The notes beneath the pieces were generated by a model. That model did not search any database. It was not told the origin of the DNA and saw only the letters and a program-made list of their open reading frames with translations. Position numbers and translations under genes: made by a program. This document shows positions 19,247-28,491 of a stretch of DNA of 64,000 nucleotides, in pieces. Source of the DNA: Chloroflexota bacterium. Its GTDB lineage: Bacteria > Chloroflexota > UBA11872 > VXNJ01. How positions within the stretch are numbered: position 1 is the stretch's first letter; every line of letters starts with the position of its first letter. The stretch lies in NCBI GenBank assembly GCA_965261345.1, contig OZ253449.1, forward strand, positions 1,600,001 through 1,664,000. Direction: 5' to 3'.

Positions 19247-21252
19247 GCCATTCGGGTTATGACGAGGGTTCCATGGCGGTCAACGGAGGCCAGCCAACCG
19301 GGCGGAACCACAGTGGTGCAATCGGCCTGGAGAACGATCGCCGGGCCTAAAAACTCCTGCCCGGCGCCAAGCTGGACACGTTCAAAGATGTTGGTATCTA
19401 GGAAACGGTCGCCAAACCGGGTCCTGGCCTGTCCGACCGGGTCCGGGTCACCCGGTTTTTCGGCCACTGCCGGGGGGATCGGCGATGGGGTGGGAATGAT
19501 CGCATCGAGCCGGATCGCAACGATCTGGACCTCGCGATCGGGAATCGAATAGGAGTAGCGTTGATCGTGAAGGCGGTGGAATCCGTCGATTGAATCAGTC
19601 AGCGCCCCCAGTCGATAAGGGATGGTCAGTTCAAATGACTGGCCCACGTAGCGAAGATCGAGCGCGAAGGAAAGTTCCGGATCACCATCGCCGGCCAGAT
19701 CGTTGCGTGCGGTCGCGGTCAGCTGCCTTCCGACCATTTCTAGGTCTGCTTCGGCTTGGGCATTTGCGGAAAGCATGACGGTGCGCGAGTAGGAGCGCAC
19801 CCGGTCGGCTACCAACGCTCCCAGAGCCGAGAGCACCCCGGGATGGGTGGGCGCCAGCACAGTACGGATCTGCAGCCGTGAGGCCAGTTCGCAGGCGTGC
19901 AGCGGGCCGGCTCCGCCGAATGCCACCAGCGCGAAATCGCGCGGGTCGTAGCCGCGTTCGATCGTTATTAGCCGCAGCGCACTCTCCATGTTGGCGTCGG
20001 CCAGGGCGATGATCGCGTCGGCAACCTCGTCCGGCTCCAGCCTGGGCCCGGGCATCTGGTCGGAAAGCGAACCGACCGCCGCGTTGGCCAGATCGAAATC
20101 CAGTTCGAGCTGCCCGGCCAACCGCACCTTGGCCGGCAATCGCCCCAGGACCACATTGGCATCGGAGACGGTTGGCAGCTTGCCGCCGCGGGCGTACGCC
20201 GCCGGTCCAGGGACAGAACCGGCAGATTGCGGTCCAACCTGGAGGGCGCCGCCTTCATCGACCCAGGCGATCGAGCCGCCACCGGCGCCAACGGTGTGAA
20301 TGTCAATCATGTCGACCGCGATCGGGACTTGCCCAACCACTCCGGCGGTCGTGTGCAGGGGTCCGCCCGGACAGAGCGACACGTCGGTTGAGGTTCCACC
20401 CATATCAAAGGTGACGATATTGGCAAATCCGGCCGCGGCCGCCGCCCAGACCGCTCCGGTGGCCCCACCGGCCGGGCCCGAGAGTACGGTGCGGACCGGC
20501 AATCGACCAGTTTCCGGCGGGGTCAGCAGGCCTCCGTTGGACTGGACGATCCAAAGCGGCCCCGGGGCTTTGGATTCGAGTGTGGTTAGATAGCGCTCGA
20601 CCGGAAGCGCAAGGTAGGCGTTGGCGGCCACCGTCGCGGTGCGCTCATATTCCCTAAATTCGGGCAGGACCTGCGAGGAAATGCTCACTCGCTGGAGCCC
20701 GGCAGATAGCAACGCATCGGCGACCGCGCGCTCGTTTTGCGGGTTGGCGTACGAATGGAGCAAACAGACAGCAACCGCCTCGACCCCGAGCGAGATCAAT
20801 TCTTTGGCAAGATCCGCTAGATCTTCCCGCTTCGGCGAGATTTCGACCTGGCCGCGGGCATTGGTACGTTCGTTGACCTCGAATCGAAGCTGGCGCGGGA
20901 TGAGTGGCTTGGGTATCTCCGGCTCAATGGCGTATAGCTGCGGCCGGTTCTGGCGACCGATTTCGAGGACATCGGCAAAACCCTTTGTGGTCACCAGCGC
21001 GGCCCGGCAACCCTTGCGCTCCAGTAGGGCATTGGTTGCCACGGTCGAGCCGTGCAGGATCGCTGATGGCGCGGTCAGGCCAAGCTTGGCGATGCCGTCG
21101 AGGACCCCGGCGGCTGGGTCCGGGGTGGTGCTGGGCACCTTGGCGATGACCGGACCGTGGGATCCGATTGCGATCAGATCGGTAAACGTACCGCCGACAT
21201 CGACCCCGATCCGCGAAAAGGAGCCCTTGGTCGCCGCCGAGGTTAACGCCAA
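19243..21252 (-). CDS. Hydantoinase/5-oxoprolinase family, A subunit
   Basis: GVDVGGTFTD, ATNALLE, EYERT.T, DMGGTSTD, GAGGGSIA, FGGAGPLHA. Confidence 0.92.
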   Translation of the reverse strand: MALTSAATKGSFSRIGVDVGGTFTDLIAIGSHGPVIAKVPSTTPDPAAGVLDGIAKLGLTAPSAILHGSTVATNALLERKGCRAALVTTKGFADVLEIGRQNRPQLYAIEPEIPKPLIPRQLRFEVNERTNARGQVEISPKREDLADLAKELISLGVEAVAVCLLHSYANPQNERAVADALLSAGLQRVSISSQVLPEFREYERTATVAANAYLALPVERYLTTLESKAPGPLWIVQSNGGLLTPPETGRLPVRTVLSGPAGGATGAVWAAAAAGFANIVTFDMGGTSTDVSLCPGGPLHTTAGVVGQVPIAVDMIDIHTVGAGGGSIAWVDEGGALQVGPQSAGSVPGPAAYARGGKLPTVSDANVVLGRLPAKVRLAGQLELDFDLANAAVGSLSDQMPGPRLEPDEVADAIIALADANMESALRLITIERGYDPRDFALVAFGGAGPLHACELASRLQIRTVLAPTHPGVLSALGALVADRVRSYSRTVMLSANAQAEADLEMVGRQLTATARNDLAGDGDPELSFALDLRYVGQSFELTIPYRLGALTDSIDGFHRLHDQRYSYSIPDREVQIVAIRLDAIIPTPSPIPPAVAEKPGDPDPVGQARTRFGDRFLDTNIFERVQLGAGQEFLGPAIVLQADCTTVVPPGWLASVDRHGTLVITRMA

Positions 21253-21411
21253 TTCAACTCGCTAGCAGATGTCGGCGTTTGGGGCTTGGGTCAGGAGTGG
21301 GTCGCGACGGGCGGTGCAATGTTATCTGCGGTCTTGTTGGGAATAAAATTTCGGGTGCTTTCAGTCAGTTATTTTCCCCACTTGCCGCGCAGCAAATGGT
21401 TTAGGACCTGA

Positions 21412-21792
21412 TTGCCCAGTTACGTCGGACCGGCCATGATGGCCTTTTTGATCGGTGCCTTCGCGGTAGGCAGCCTCGTCGGGGCGGGTGTTCTGCGACC
21501 TCATCGCGACGTTGGCGCCAAGCTCGAGGCTTACGAATCCGGGATGCCGGCCACCGGCGATACCCGGGGTCGGCATCAGATCAAGTTCTACATGGTGGCG
21601 ATGCTGTTTGTTGCCTTTGATCTGGAACTGGTGTTTCTCTACCCGTGGGCGGTGCACTTTGCCTCGCTTACCGAAACCGGCGCAAAGCTTTACATGGCCG
21701 GACTGATGACCTTGTTCGTGGCATTTTTGGCAGTGGCCGATCTGGTGGCGTGGAAGTTGGGCGTATTCGACTGGGCCGTCTACGAGGAATAA
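21412..21792 (+). CDS. nuoA: NADH-quinone oxidoreductase subunit A
   Basis: K..AYESG, KFYMVAMLFVAFDLE..FLYPWA. Confidence 0.93.
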   Translation: MPSYVGPAMMAFLIGAFAVGSLVGAGVLRPHRDVGAKLEAYESGMPATGDTRGRHQIKFYMVAMLFVAFDLELVFLYPWAVHFASLTETGAKLYMAGLMTLFVAFLAVADLVAWKLGVFDWAVYEE

Positions 21793-21795
21793 CCG

Positions 21796-22374
21796 TTGGA
21801 TACCTCCGAAATACTTCTGCCCACCGCCCGCACCCCGCAACTTGATTCAGAGGGTTTGGCTGCGGCGGTTCGGCGGGCGCTGCCGGACATTGGCGATGGT
21901 GAACTCTGGTGGTACCGCGGCGACCTAAATGTTCGGGTTCCGCTTGAGCGAATGCACGCCTCGCTTGCCGCCTTGCGCGATGCTGACGGCCTCCAAATGC
22001 GATTTCTGGCCTCACTGACCGCGGTGCACTGGCCAGAGCGCGAGCTGGAATTTGAGCTGGTCTACCACCTGCGCTCACTTTCCCTAAATCTTTTCCTCGT
22101 CCTCAAATCGGATGTTGCGATGTCCGAATCGGTTCCCACCGCATCAGACCTGTTCCTGACCGCCGACTGGCAGGAGCGCGAATGCTACGACATGTTCGGG
22201 ATTGAATTTGCCGACCATCCCGATCTGCGGCGCATACTTATGCCGCAACCCTATCCGTGGTTCCCGCTGCGAAAGGGTTTTCCGCTCGAAGGTCCCGACT
22301 TTCCGGTCGACGGCTACCAAACCGATGCCCTGGGCAAGGTCGAAGGCGACGATTTCTGGATGGACAATCCGTGA
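21796..22374 (+). CDS. nuoC: NADH-quinone oxidoreductase subunit C
   Basis: ERECYDMFGI.F..HPDLRRILM, PLRK.FP. Confidence 0.93.
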   Translation: MDTSEILLPTARTPQLDSEGLAAAVRRALPDIGDGELWWYRGDLNVRVPLERMHASLAALRDADGLQMRFLASLTAVHWPERELEFELVYHLRSLSLNLFLVLKSDVAMSESVPTASDLFLTADWQERECYDMFGIEFADHPDLRRILMPQPYPWFPLRKGFPLEGPDFPVDGYQTDALGKVEGDDFWMDNP

Positions 22375-23630
22375 GCCTGCAGATGCGCGGCAGCCACCAG
22401 CCGCTGCCCCCGCGGATGGCCGATGTGCCCTCCGACCGCATGCTGCTAAATATTGGTCCCCAGCACCCATCGACCCACGGAGTTCTGCGGGTGGTCGCCC
22501 AGGTGGCCGGCGAGACGGTCGAAAAGGCCGACTGCGACATCGGTTACCTGCACCGCGGGGTCGAAAAACTGATTGAATCACGCCTTTATTACCAGGGCAT
22601 GGTCTACACCGACCGCACCGATTACACGGCCGCCCCGGCCAACAACCTGGGCTATCTGATGGCGGTGGAAAAGCTCCTAGGGATCGAGGACCAGATCCCC
22701 GAACGGGCCCATTACCTGCGGATGATCGTAATGGAACTTGCCCGCATCTACGGACACATGATCTGGATTGGCACCCACAGCCTGGATATGGGCGCCATGA
22801 CGATGTTTCTATACGCCTTCCGCGAGCGCGAAAAGATCTCGGGTCTCTTCGAAGAGGGCTGCGGCGCTCGGCTGACCACCAATTACATGCGCGCCGGCGG
22901 TGTCGGCCGCCACGATGATCCGCCGGGCTGGCTCGAGCACGTCGAGGAATTTGCCAACGGATTTACGGTCGATGAATTCGACACGATCCTTACCAATAAC
23001 GAGATCTACCAGATGCGCACCCGCGGGGTGGGCATCTTGGAACCGGAAAAAGCGGTCAGTTATGGGGTGACCGGCCCCTCGCTGCGCGGTTCGGGCGTCG
23101 ACTGGGATCTGCGCCGCAACCGCCCCTATGCCCGCTACGATCAGGTCGATTTCGAGGTTCCGGTGTTTGACGGCTGCGACGTGTACTCGCGCTACCTGGT
23201 CCGGCTAAACGAGTTGTTCCAATCGCGCGCGATTATTCTCCAGTGCGTGGAACGGGCCCGGCAACTGGCCGGAGCGCCGGTCAATGCCAACAACGCCAGT
23301 GTCGTCTGGCCGGAAATCGAACGCGTGTCCGGTTGGGAACCGGCCGGCATGCGCGGCGACATGGAGGCGATGATCAATCACTTCAAGTTGGTCATCGAGG
23401 GCTATTCACCACCGCCGGGTGATTGTTACCTTGCGGTTGAATCGCCAAAGGGTGAGCTGGGCTTCTATTTCGTTTCCGACGGATCGGGAATCCCCTACCG
23501 CTGCCATATTCGCTCGCCCTCGTTCGTCAATCTTTCCTCGCTTACCGAAATGGTCGAGGGTGAATTGATCGCCGACCTGGTCGCCTGCATTGGCAGCATC
23601 GATATCGTCCTGGGCGAAGTGGACCGCTAG
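22371..23630 (+). CDS. nuoD: NADH-quinone oxidoreductase subunit D
   Basis: NIGPQHPSTHGVLR, IGYLHRGVEK, ESPKGE, DIVLGEVDR. GTG start overlaps the nuoC stop. Confidence 0.95.
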   Translation: MSLQMRGSHQPLPPRMADVPSDRMLLNIGPQHPSTHGVLRVVAQVAGETVEKADCDIGYLHRGVEKLIESRLYYQGMVYTDRTDYTAAPANNLGYLMAVEKLLGIEDQIPERAHYLRMIVMELARIYGHMIWIGTHSLDMGAMTMFLYAFREREKISGLFEEGCGARLTTNYMRAGGVGRHDDPPGWLEHVEEFANGFTVDEFDTILTNNEIYQMRTRGVGILEPEKAVSYGVTGPSLRGSGVDWDLRRNRPYARYDQVDFEVPVFDGCDVYSRYLVRLNELFQSRAIILQCVERARQLAGAPVNANNASVVWPEIERVSGWEPAGMRGDMEAMINHFKLVIEGYSPPPGDCYLAVESPKGELGFYFVSDGSGIPYRCHIRSPSFVNLSSLTEMVEGELIADLVACIGSIDIVLGEVDR

Positions 23631-23633
23631 ATC

Positions 23634-26087
23634 ATGGCCGTAAACGCACCACCGGCAACGGTCACGCTCACGATCGATGGCAAATCCGTAACCGTTCCCA
23701 GGGGTAAGACCGTTCTCCAGGCCGCCAACATCGCCGGGATCAAGGTCCCGACCCTGTGCAATCACGAGATCCTCGAACCGGTTGGCGCCTGCCGGATGTG
23801 CGTGGTCGAGATCTCGCCCGGCCCGCCGCGCCCGATGGCCTCGTGTACAACCCCGGCGGCCGACGGCATGACGGTTCAGACTAACACCGACGCGATGCAG
23901 CATATCCGGCGCCAAACGATCGAACTGTTGCTCCAGCACCACCCGCTCGACTGCCCCTACTGCGATCAGTCGGGGACCTGCGAACTTCAGGATGAGACGT
24001 TCGGATTAAACATCTGGAACAGCCCGTTTGAGACGGTTGCCAAGGCTTTCCCCGAGGAAAACCTCAACGAAGTGATCATGATCAATCACAACCGCTGCAT
24101 CCTCTGCTACCGATGCGTGCGGGTCTGTGACGAACAGATGGGGGTGCACGCCCTCGACGTTTCCGATCGTGGATCAAAGTCCTTCATCGTCACCGCCCAG
24201 CACAAATTCATGGATTGTGAACGCTGCGGGATGTGCGTGGAGGTGTGCCCGGTTGGGGCGGTGCTCTCGCGTCCGTTCAAGCACGCCGCCCGGGCCTGGC
24301 AGACCGTCCAGACCCAGACTACTTGCCCGCACTGTTCGGTTGGCTGCCAACTCCAACTAGAAACCCGCAAAGGCCAAGCGCTGCGCGCCCGGGCCCGCCC
24401 GGTTACTCAGCCCAATGAAGGGATCCTCTGCGGCAAGGGATTCTTTGGCTGGGAACACGTCAACGATCCCGACCGAATCACCAGCCCGATGATCCGCCGC
24501 GCCGGCGAGCTTACCCCGGTCGGCTGGCCCGAGGCGATCGAGCACGTCGGCGATATGCTGCTCGATATCGCCCGGCGCGAGGGTCCTGAATCGATCGCCC
24601 TCATCGGCGGCAACGAAATCTCGGTCGAGGACGCCTACACGCTTGCCCGCTTCGGACGCTCGGCCCTCGGGACGCCAAACATCTACCAGGCCGAATCCGG
24701 GTTCGCTCTCACCGCCGACGTGATTGAGCGAAATCTTGGGAGCGCCGCGCTCTTCCCTGACCAGGACGTGGTGCTAAATTCCGACTTTGCGCTTGTCTTT
24801 GGCGCCGACGTAAACGGCACCCACAACGTCTTAGCGGCCCACATGAAGGCCGCCGCCCGGAAGGGCCAGATGGCCTACGCCACCGCCTTTAGGGTTGGAT
24901 CGGGCCTGGACATATTTGCCCAGCGCAAGGTCAGAGTAAAACCCGGCATGGAAGCCGATTTCCTCTACGCCCTGGCCAACCCGACCGCCGCCGCAGCGGC
25001 CGGGCTGGATCTAGAACCCGGCGAGCTTTCCGGATTGGCCCAATCGCTAGCCAAGGCCGAGCGCCCGTTCTTAATCTGGGACACCGGTGCCTGGATGCGC
25101 GGTCGAGAGGCCGAGATCGCAATCGCGGCCTGCCGGCTGGTCAAATCGCTCGGACTCAAACTCTGTCCCCTGCCTGAAACCGCCAACGCCGCCGGGGTCT
25201 GGCAGGTTGGGCTCTGCCCCGAGCTTCTGCCGGGCCGCTTCCAGGCCGATTCGGCCGAAGCCCAAGAAAAACTAAGCGCAACCTGGAACAGCCCATCGGC
25301 CGGAGTGGGAAAGAGTTTCAACCAAGCCATCGCCGACGAGGGCCTGGCCGCGGCCTACCTGGTCGGACTCGAAGACCCGAGCCAACTTCCTGGTGGAATC
25401 GCCAGCGCCGCGGCCCTCGAGGCGGCGCGATTAGTCATCGTCCAGGCAACCCATTCGGGGGCGCTGACCGAAATCGCCGACGTGGTCCTCCCGGGCGCGC
25501 TGCCGGCCGAAAAGGACGGGCACCTGGTCTCGTTTGAGGGACGCGCCAATCCATTGCAGGTGGCCCTGCCACCGCCGGGCGAGGCCCGCCCCGATTGGGA
25601 GATCACCGCCCGCCTGGCCGCTTATCTTGGATTTGATTTTGGCCACCGCAATGCCGAATCACTCTGGGGCGAGTTGGCAATATTTGGTTGCGCCCAGGTG
25701 CACCCGGCGCCGGCGATGGCCGGAGCGGGCATCGGCAACGGCCATCTGCCGGGGCCGACCGCCGATCTGCCCCTGATCCTGGCCAACGAGACCAATTTGT
25801 TTACCGGCAGCAAGAATCTGCGCCGCGGCGAAACATTACCTGAGATCTATTCCGATTGCGTTGAAATCGGGCCGTCCGATGCCGATTGGCTCGGCCTGGC
25901 CGATGCCGATCGGGCCACCCTGCGTTCGGTTTCGGGATCGCTTGAGGTGGACGTAAAGGTGAGCGAACGGGTCCCGGCCGGAGTCGTCTACCTGGCCGAC
26001 GGCCTGGCCGCTGCGGCCAGCGAGCGCCTCTATTCCGATGGCGCCGACGGCCGACCGGTATCGCTGCGTAAGGGGCCTGGCGCCTAG
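23634..26087 (+). CDS. nuoG: NuoG-like Fe-S subunit (molybdopterin-oxidoreductase fold, no catalytic Cys/Sec)
   Basis: 2Fe-2S (C..GACRMC..C), HPLDCPYC..GTC, CILCYRCVRVC, CERCGMCVEVCP, CPHCSVGC...C; lies between nuoD and nuoH. Confidence 0.85.
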   Translation: MAVNAPPATVTLTIDGKSVTVPRGKTVLQAANIAGIKVPTLCNHEILEPVGACRMCVVEISPGPPRPMASCTTPAADGMTVQTNTDAMQHIRRQTIELLLQHHPLDCPYCDQSGTCELQDETFGLNIWNSPFETVAKAFPEENLNEVIMINHNRCILCYRCVRVCDEQMGVHALDVSDRGSKSFIVTAQHKFMDCERCGMCVEVCPVGAVLSRPFKHAARAWQTVQTQTTCPHCSVGCQLQLETRKGQALRARARPVTQPNEGILCGKGFFGWEHVNDPDRITSPMIRRAGELTPVGWPEAIEHVGDMLLDIARREGPESIALIGGNEISVEDAYTLARFGRSALGTPNIYQAESGFALTADVIERNLGSAALFPDQDVVLNSDFALVFGADVNGTHNVLAAHMKAAARKGQMAYATAFRVGSGLDIFAQRKVRVKPGMEADFLYALANPTAAAAAGLDLEPGELSGLAQSLAKAERPFLIWDTGAWMRGREAEIAIAACRLVKSLGLKLCPLPETANAAGVWQVGLCPELLPGRFQADSAEAQEKLSATWNSPSAGVGKSFNQAIADEGLAAAYLVGLEDPSQLPGGIASAAALEAARLVIVQATHSGALTEIADVVLPGALPAEKDGHLVSFEGRANPLQVALPPPGEARPDWEITARLAAYLGFDFGHRNAESLWGELAIFGCAQVHPAPAMAGAGIGNGHLPGPTADLPLILANETNLFTGSKNLRRGETLPEIYSDCVEIGPSDADWLGLADADRATLRSVSGSLEVDVKVSERVPAGVVYLADGLAAAASERLYSDGADGRPVSLRKGPGA

Positions 26088-27089
26088 ATGGACGGCTGGG
26101 ATGTTCTCATCCTGCTGATCAAGGGCGTGGTCGTAATGGCCGTGTTCGTCACCAGCCCGATGATCTGGGTACTGGCCGAACGCAAGTACCTGGGTCGAAT
26201 CCAGTCTCGCTATGGACCCAACCGGGTGGGCCCCTGGGGAATGTTGCAAACGATCGTCGACGGACTAAAGCTTGGGACCAAGGAAGACATCATCCCGCCC
26301 TGGGGCGATAAGGCCGTATTCTGGCTGGCCCCACTGTTTATGCTCGTGCCGGCCGCCGCCGCCTGGGCGGTTATCCCACTCGGTCCGCAGGTGGAAATCG
26401 GACGCACGATCCATCTCTGGATAACCGACATGAACGTGGCCCTGCTTTTTGTTTTGGCGCTGGGCTCGCTCAATGCCTACGGCCCGGTGATGTCGGGTTG
26501 GTCGTCCAATTCCAAATACGCCCACTTCGGGGCCCTGCGCTCGTCGGCGCAGATCATCTCCTACGAGATCTCACTGGGCCTTGCGGTGCTGGGGGTCCTA
26601 ATGTACGCTGGTTCGTTCTCACTCATCGACATCGTCGAGTCGCAATCACACATGTGGCACATCGTCCCTCAGATGCTCGGATTTTTGATCTTCCTGGTGT
26701 CGATAGTGGCCGAAACCAATCGCGTTCCCTTCGACCTGCCCGAGGCCGAAACCGAAATCGTGGCCGGATATCACGTTGAGTACTCGGGAATGCGCTGGGC
26801 CTTTTTCTTCATGGCCGAGTACGCCAACATGCTCCTCGGGTCATTTTTGGTGGCGGTACTGTTCCTGGGCGGATGGCACGGCTGGACGATCCCCGGGCTC
26901 GAGGGCATTTCCGGGGTCATCTGGATTGTTGCCAAGGCCGTAACCGTCATGTTCCTGTTCATACTGCTGCGGGGTACCCTGCCGCGGCTTCGCTACGACC
27001 AACTGATGGCGTTTTGCTGGAAGATACTGCTTCCAGCCGGTGTGATTAACCTGGCTTTGGCCACGGTATTGCGGATTTTTTGGAGCTAG
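26088..27089 (+). CDS. nuoH: NADH-quinone oxidoreductase subunit H
   Basis: ERK..G.IQ.R.GPNRVGP, SYE, AETNR.PFDLPEAE, LPRLRYDQLM. Confidence 0.96.
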   Translation: MDGWDVLILLIKGVVVMAVFVTSPMIWVLAERKYLGRIQSRYGPNRVGPWGMLQTIVDGLKLGTKEDIIPPWGDKAVFWLAPLFMLVPAAAAWAVIPLGPQVEIGRTIHLWITDMNVALLFVLALGSLNAYGPVMSGWSSNSKYAHFGALRSSAQIISYEISLGLAVLGVLMYAGSFSLIDIVESQSHMWHIVPQMLGFLIFLVSIVAETNRVPFDLPEAETEIVAGYHVEYSGMRWAFFFMAEYANMLLGSFLVAVLFLGGWHGWTIPGLEGISGVIWIVAKAVTVMFLFILLRGTLPRLRYDQLMAFCWKILLPAGVINLALATVLRIFWS

Positions 27090-27098
27090 GAATAACAC

Positions 27099-27548
27099 AT
27101 GTTTGGTAAGGGAATGCTCCTCGGCATGGCCAAGATCTTCTCGGCTGGCTTCCGCAAACCGGTCACCTATCTTTATCCCGAGCAGCCTCGCCCGGTGGCC
27201 GAGCGCTTCCGCGGCATGGTCGGAATGCGGCGCGACGAGGTCACCGACCTGCTCTCATGTGTTGGCTGCGGGCTCTGCGAGACCGCCTGCCCCAACGACG
27301 TGATTCGCATCGACACCTCCGAGGCCGATGACGGGACCCGGTGGGTCGAGCGCTATGAATTCGACCTGGGTCGCTGCATCTACTGCTACCTGTGCATCGA
27401 GGCCTGCCCGGTGGACGCGCTCCAAGTTACCCACGCCTACCACACGGTTACCCCTGACCGGGCGGAACTTGTAATTACCGCCGACAGGATGATGGAGATG
27501 TGGGAAGACTCCGACCAACAGCTCTACCCGCACCATTGGGAAAAGTAG
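27099..27548 (+). CDS. nuoI: NADH-quinone oxidoreductase subunit I
   Basis: YPE...RFRG, CVGCGLCETACP, CIYCYLCIEACP. Confidence 0.94.
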   Translation: MFGKGMLLGMAKIFSAGFRKPVTYLYPEQPRPVAERFRGMVGMRRDEVTDLLSCVGCGLCETACPNDVIRIDTSEADDGTRWVERYEFDLGRCIYCYLCIEACPVDALQVTHAYHTVTPDRAELVITADRMMEMWEDSDQQLYPHHWEK

Positions 27549-27552
27549 GGCC

Positions 27553-28176
27553 GTGACCGAGACCGCGTTCGTCTATCTGTCGGTGGTCGCCGTCCTCAGC
27601 GGGGCCGCCACAGTGTTTCTGCGCAGCCCGATCCACTCGGCCCTGGCCCTGGTGCTGACCGTTTTCCACGTGGCCGGGCTGCTGGTGATCATGGGATCCG
27701 GGTTTCTGGGCGTGCTAAATGTCCTCGTCTACGCAGGCGCGATCATCGTTTTATTCCTGTTTACGATGATGCTGCTAAATCTTCACCAGCAGGAGGACGA
27801 GCGCTATCTGCACCGCTATCAGACCTGGCTGGGAATCCCGCTCGGCGGGTTGCTGCTAATCGAAGCGGTCTGGGTTGCCGCCGCCCAGGCCAATCCACTT
27901 CCAGACCAGCAGGGTTTCTACTCGCCGGCTGCAATCGATGCCGCCGGGGGATCGGCCCGTGCCGCTGCCGAGGTGATCTTCTCCCAATATGCTTTGCCCT
28001 TTGAGGTGGCCGGGGTGCTTTTAATGGCTGCCTCGATTGCCGGATTGGTGCTGGCTCGCCGGGCATCGGATGATGGGGAAGTTGCCGATGAAGTCGATCT
28101 AATAACCGATGCGGCCGGGGCTGAGTACGTGGCCGCGCTGGAAGGCGATCATGCCGGATCGGAAGCTGGACATTGA
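27553..28176 (+). CDS. nuoJ: NADH-quinone oxidoreductase subunit J
   Basis: VYAGAIIVLFLF..M, Y.LPFE...LL. Confidence 0.93.
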   Translation: MTETAFVYLSVVAVLSGAATVFLRSPIHSALALVLTVFHVAGLLVIMGSGFLGVLNVLVYAGAIIVLFLFTMMLLNLHQQEDERYLHRYQTWLGIPLGGLLLIEAVWVAAAQANPLPDQQGFYSPAAIDAAGGSARAAAEVIFSQYALPFEVAGVLLMAASIAGLVLARRASDDGEVADEVDLITDAAGAEYVAALEGDHAGSEAGH

Positions 28177-28478
28177 GCCTGGCGCTTTCCTCCTACCTGG
28201 TGGTCGGGGCGATCCTCTTCTCGCTCGGGGCAGTCGGCGTCCTTGTTCGGCGCAACATCATCGTCGTTTTTCTCTCGGTCGAGCTGATGCTCCAGGGCGC
28301 AATCCTTACCATCGGCGCTTTTGCGGTCTACAACTTCGACATGGCCGGTTACATGCTGGTGCTCTTGACCCTTACGATCGCCGCCGCCGAGGCGGTCGTG
28401 GGCCTGGCGATCCTGGTCGCGCTCTCACGCCAGATCTCTGGTTTCTTCGTTGACCGGCTCTCGAGCCTGAGGGGCTAA
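28173..28478 (+). CDS. nuoK: NADH-quinone oxidoreductase subunit K
   Basis: RRN.I....SVELML, AAAEA.VGLAI. Confidence 0.94.
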   Translation: MSLALSSYLVVGAILFSLGAVGVLVRRNIIVVFLSVELMLQGAILTIGAFAVYNFDMAGYMLVLLTLTIAAAEAVVGLAILVALSRQISGFFVDRLSSLRG

Positions 28479-28491
28479 GAGCCAAGACTTT

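Noticed and set aside
23634-26087. Catalytic formate dehydrogenase alpha subunit
   Set aside because: The fold is related, but the Mo/W-ligating Cys/Sec-His is absent (NIYQAESG region), there is no in-frame TGA, and the gene occupies the nuoG position.
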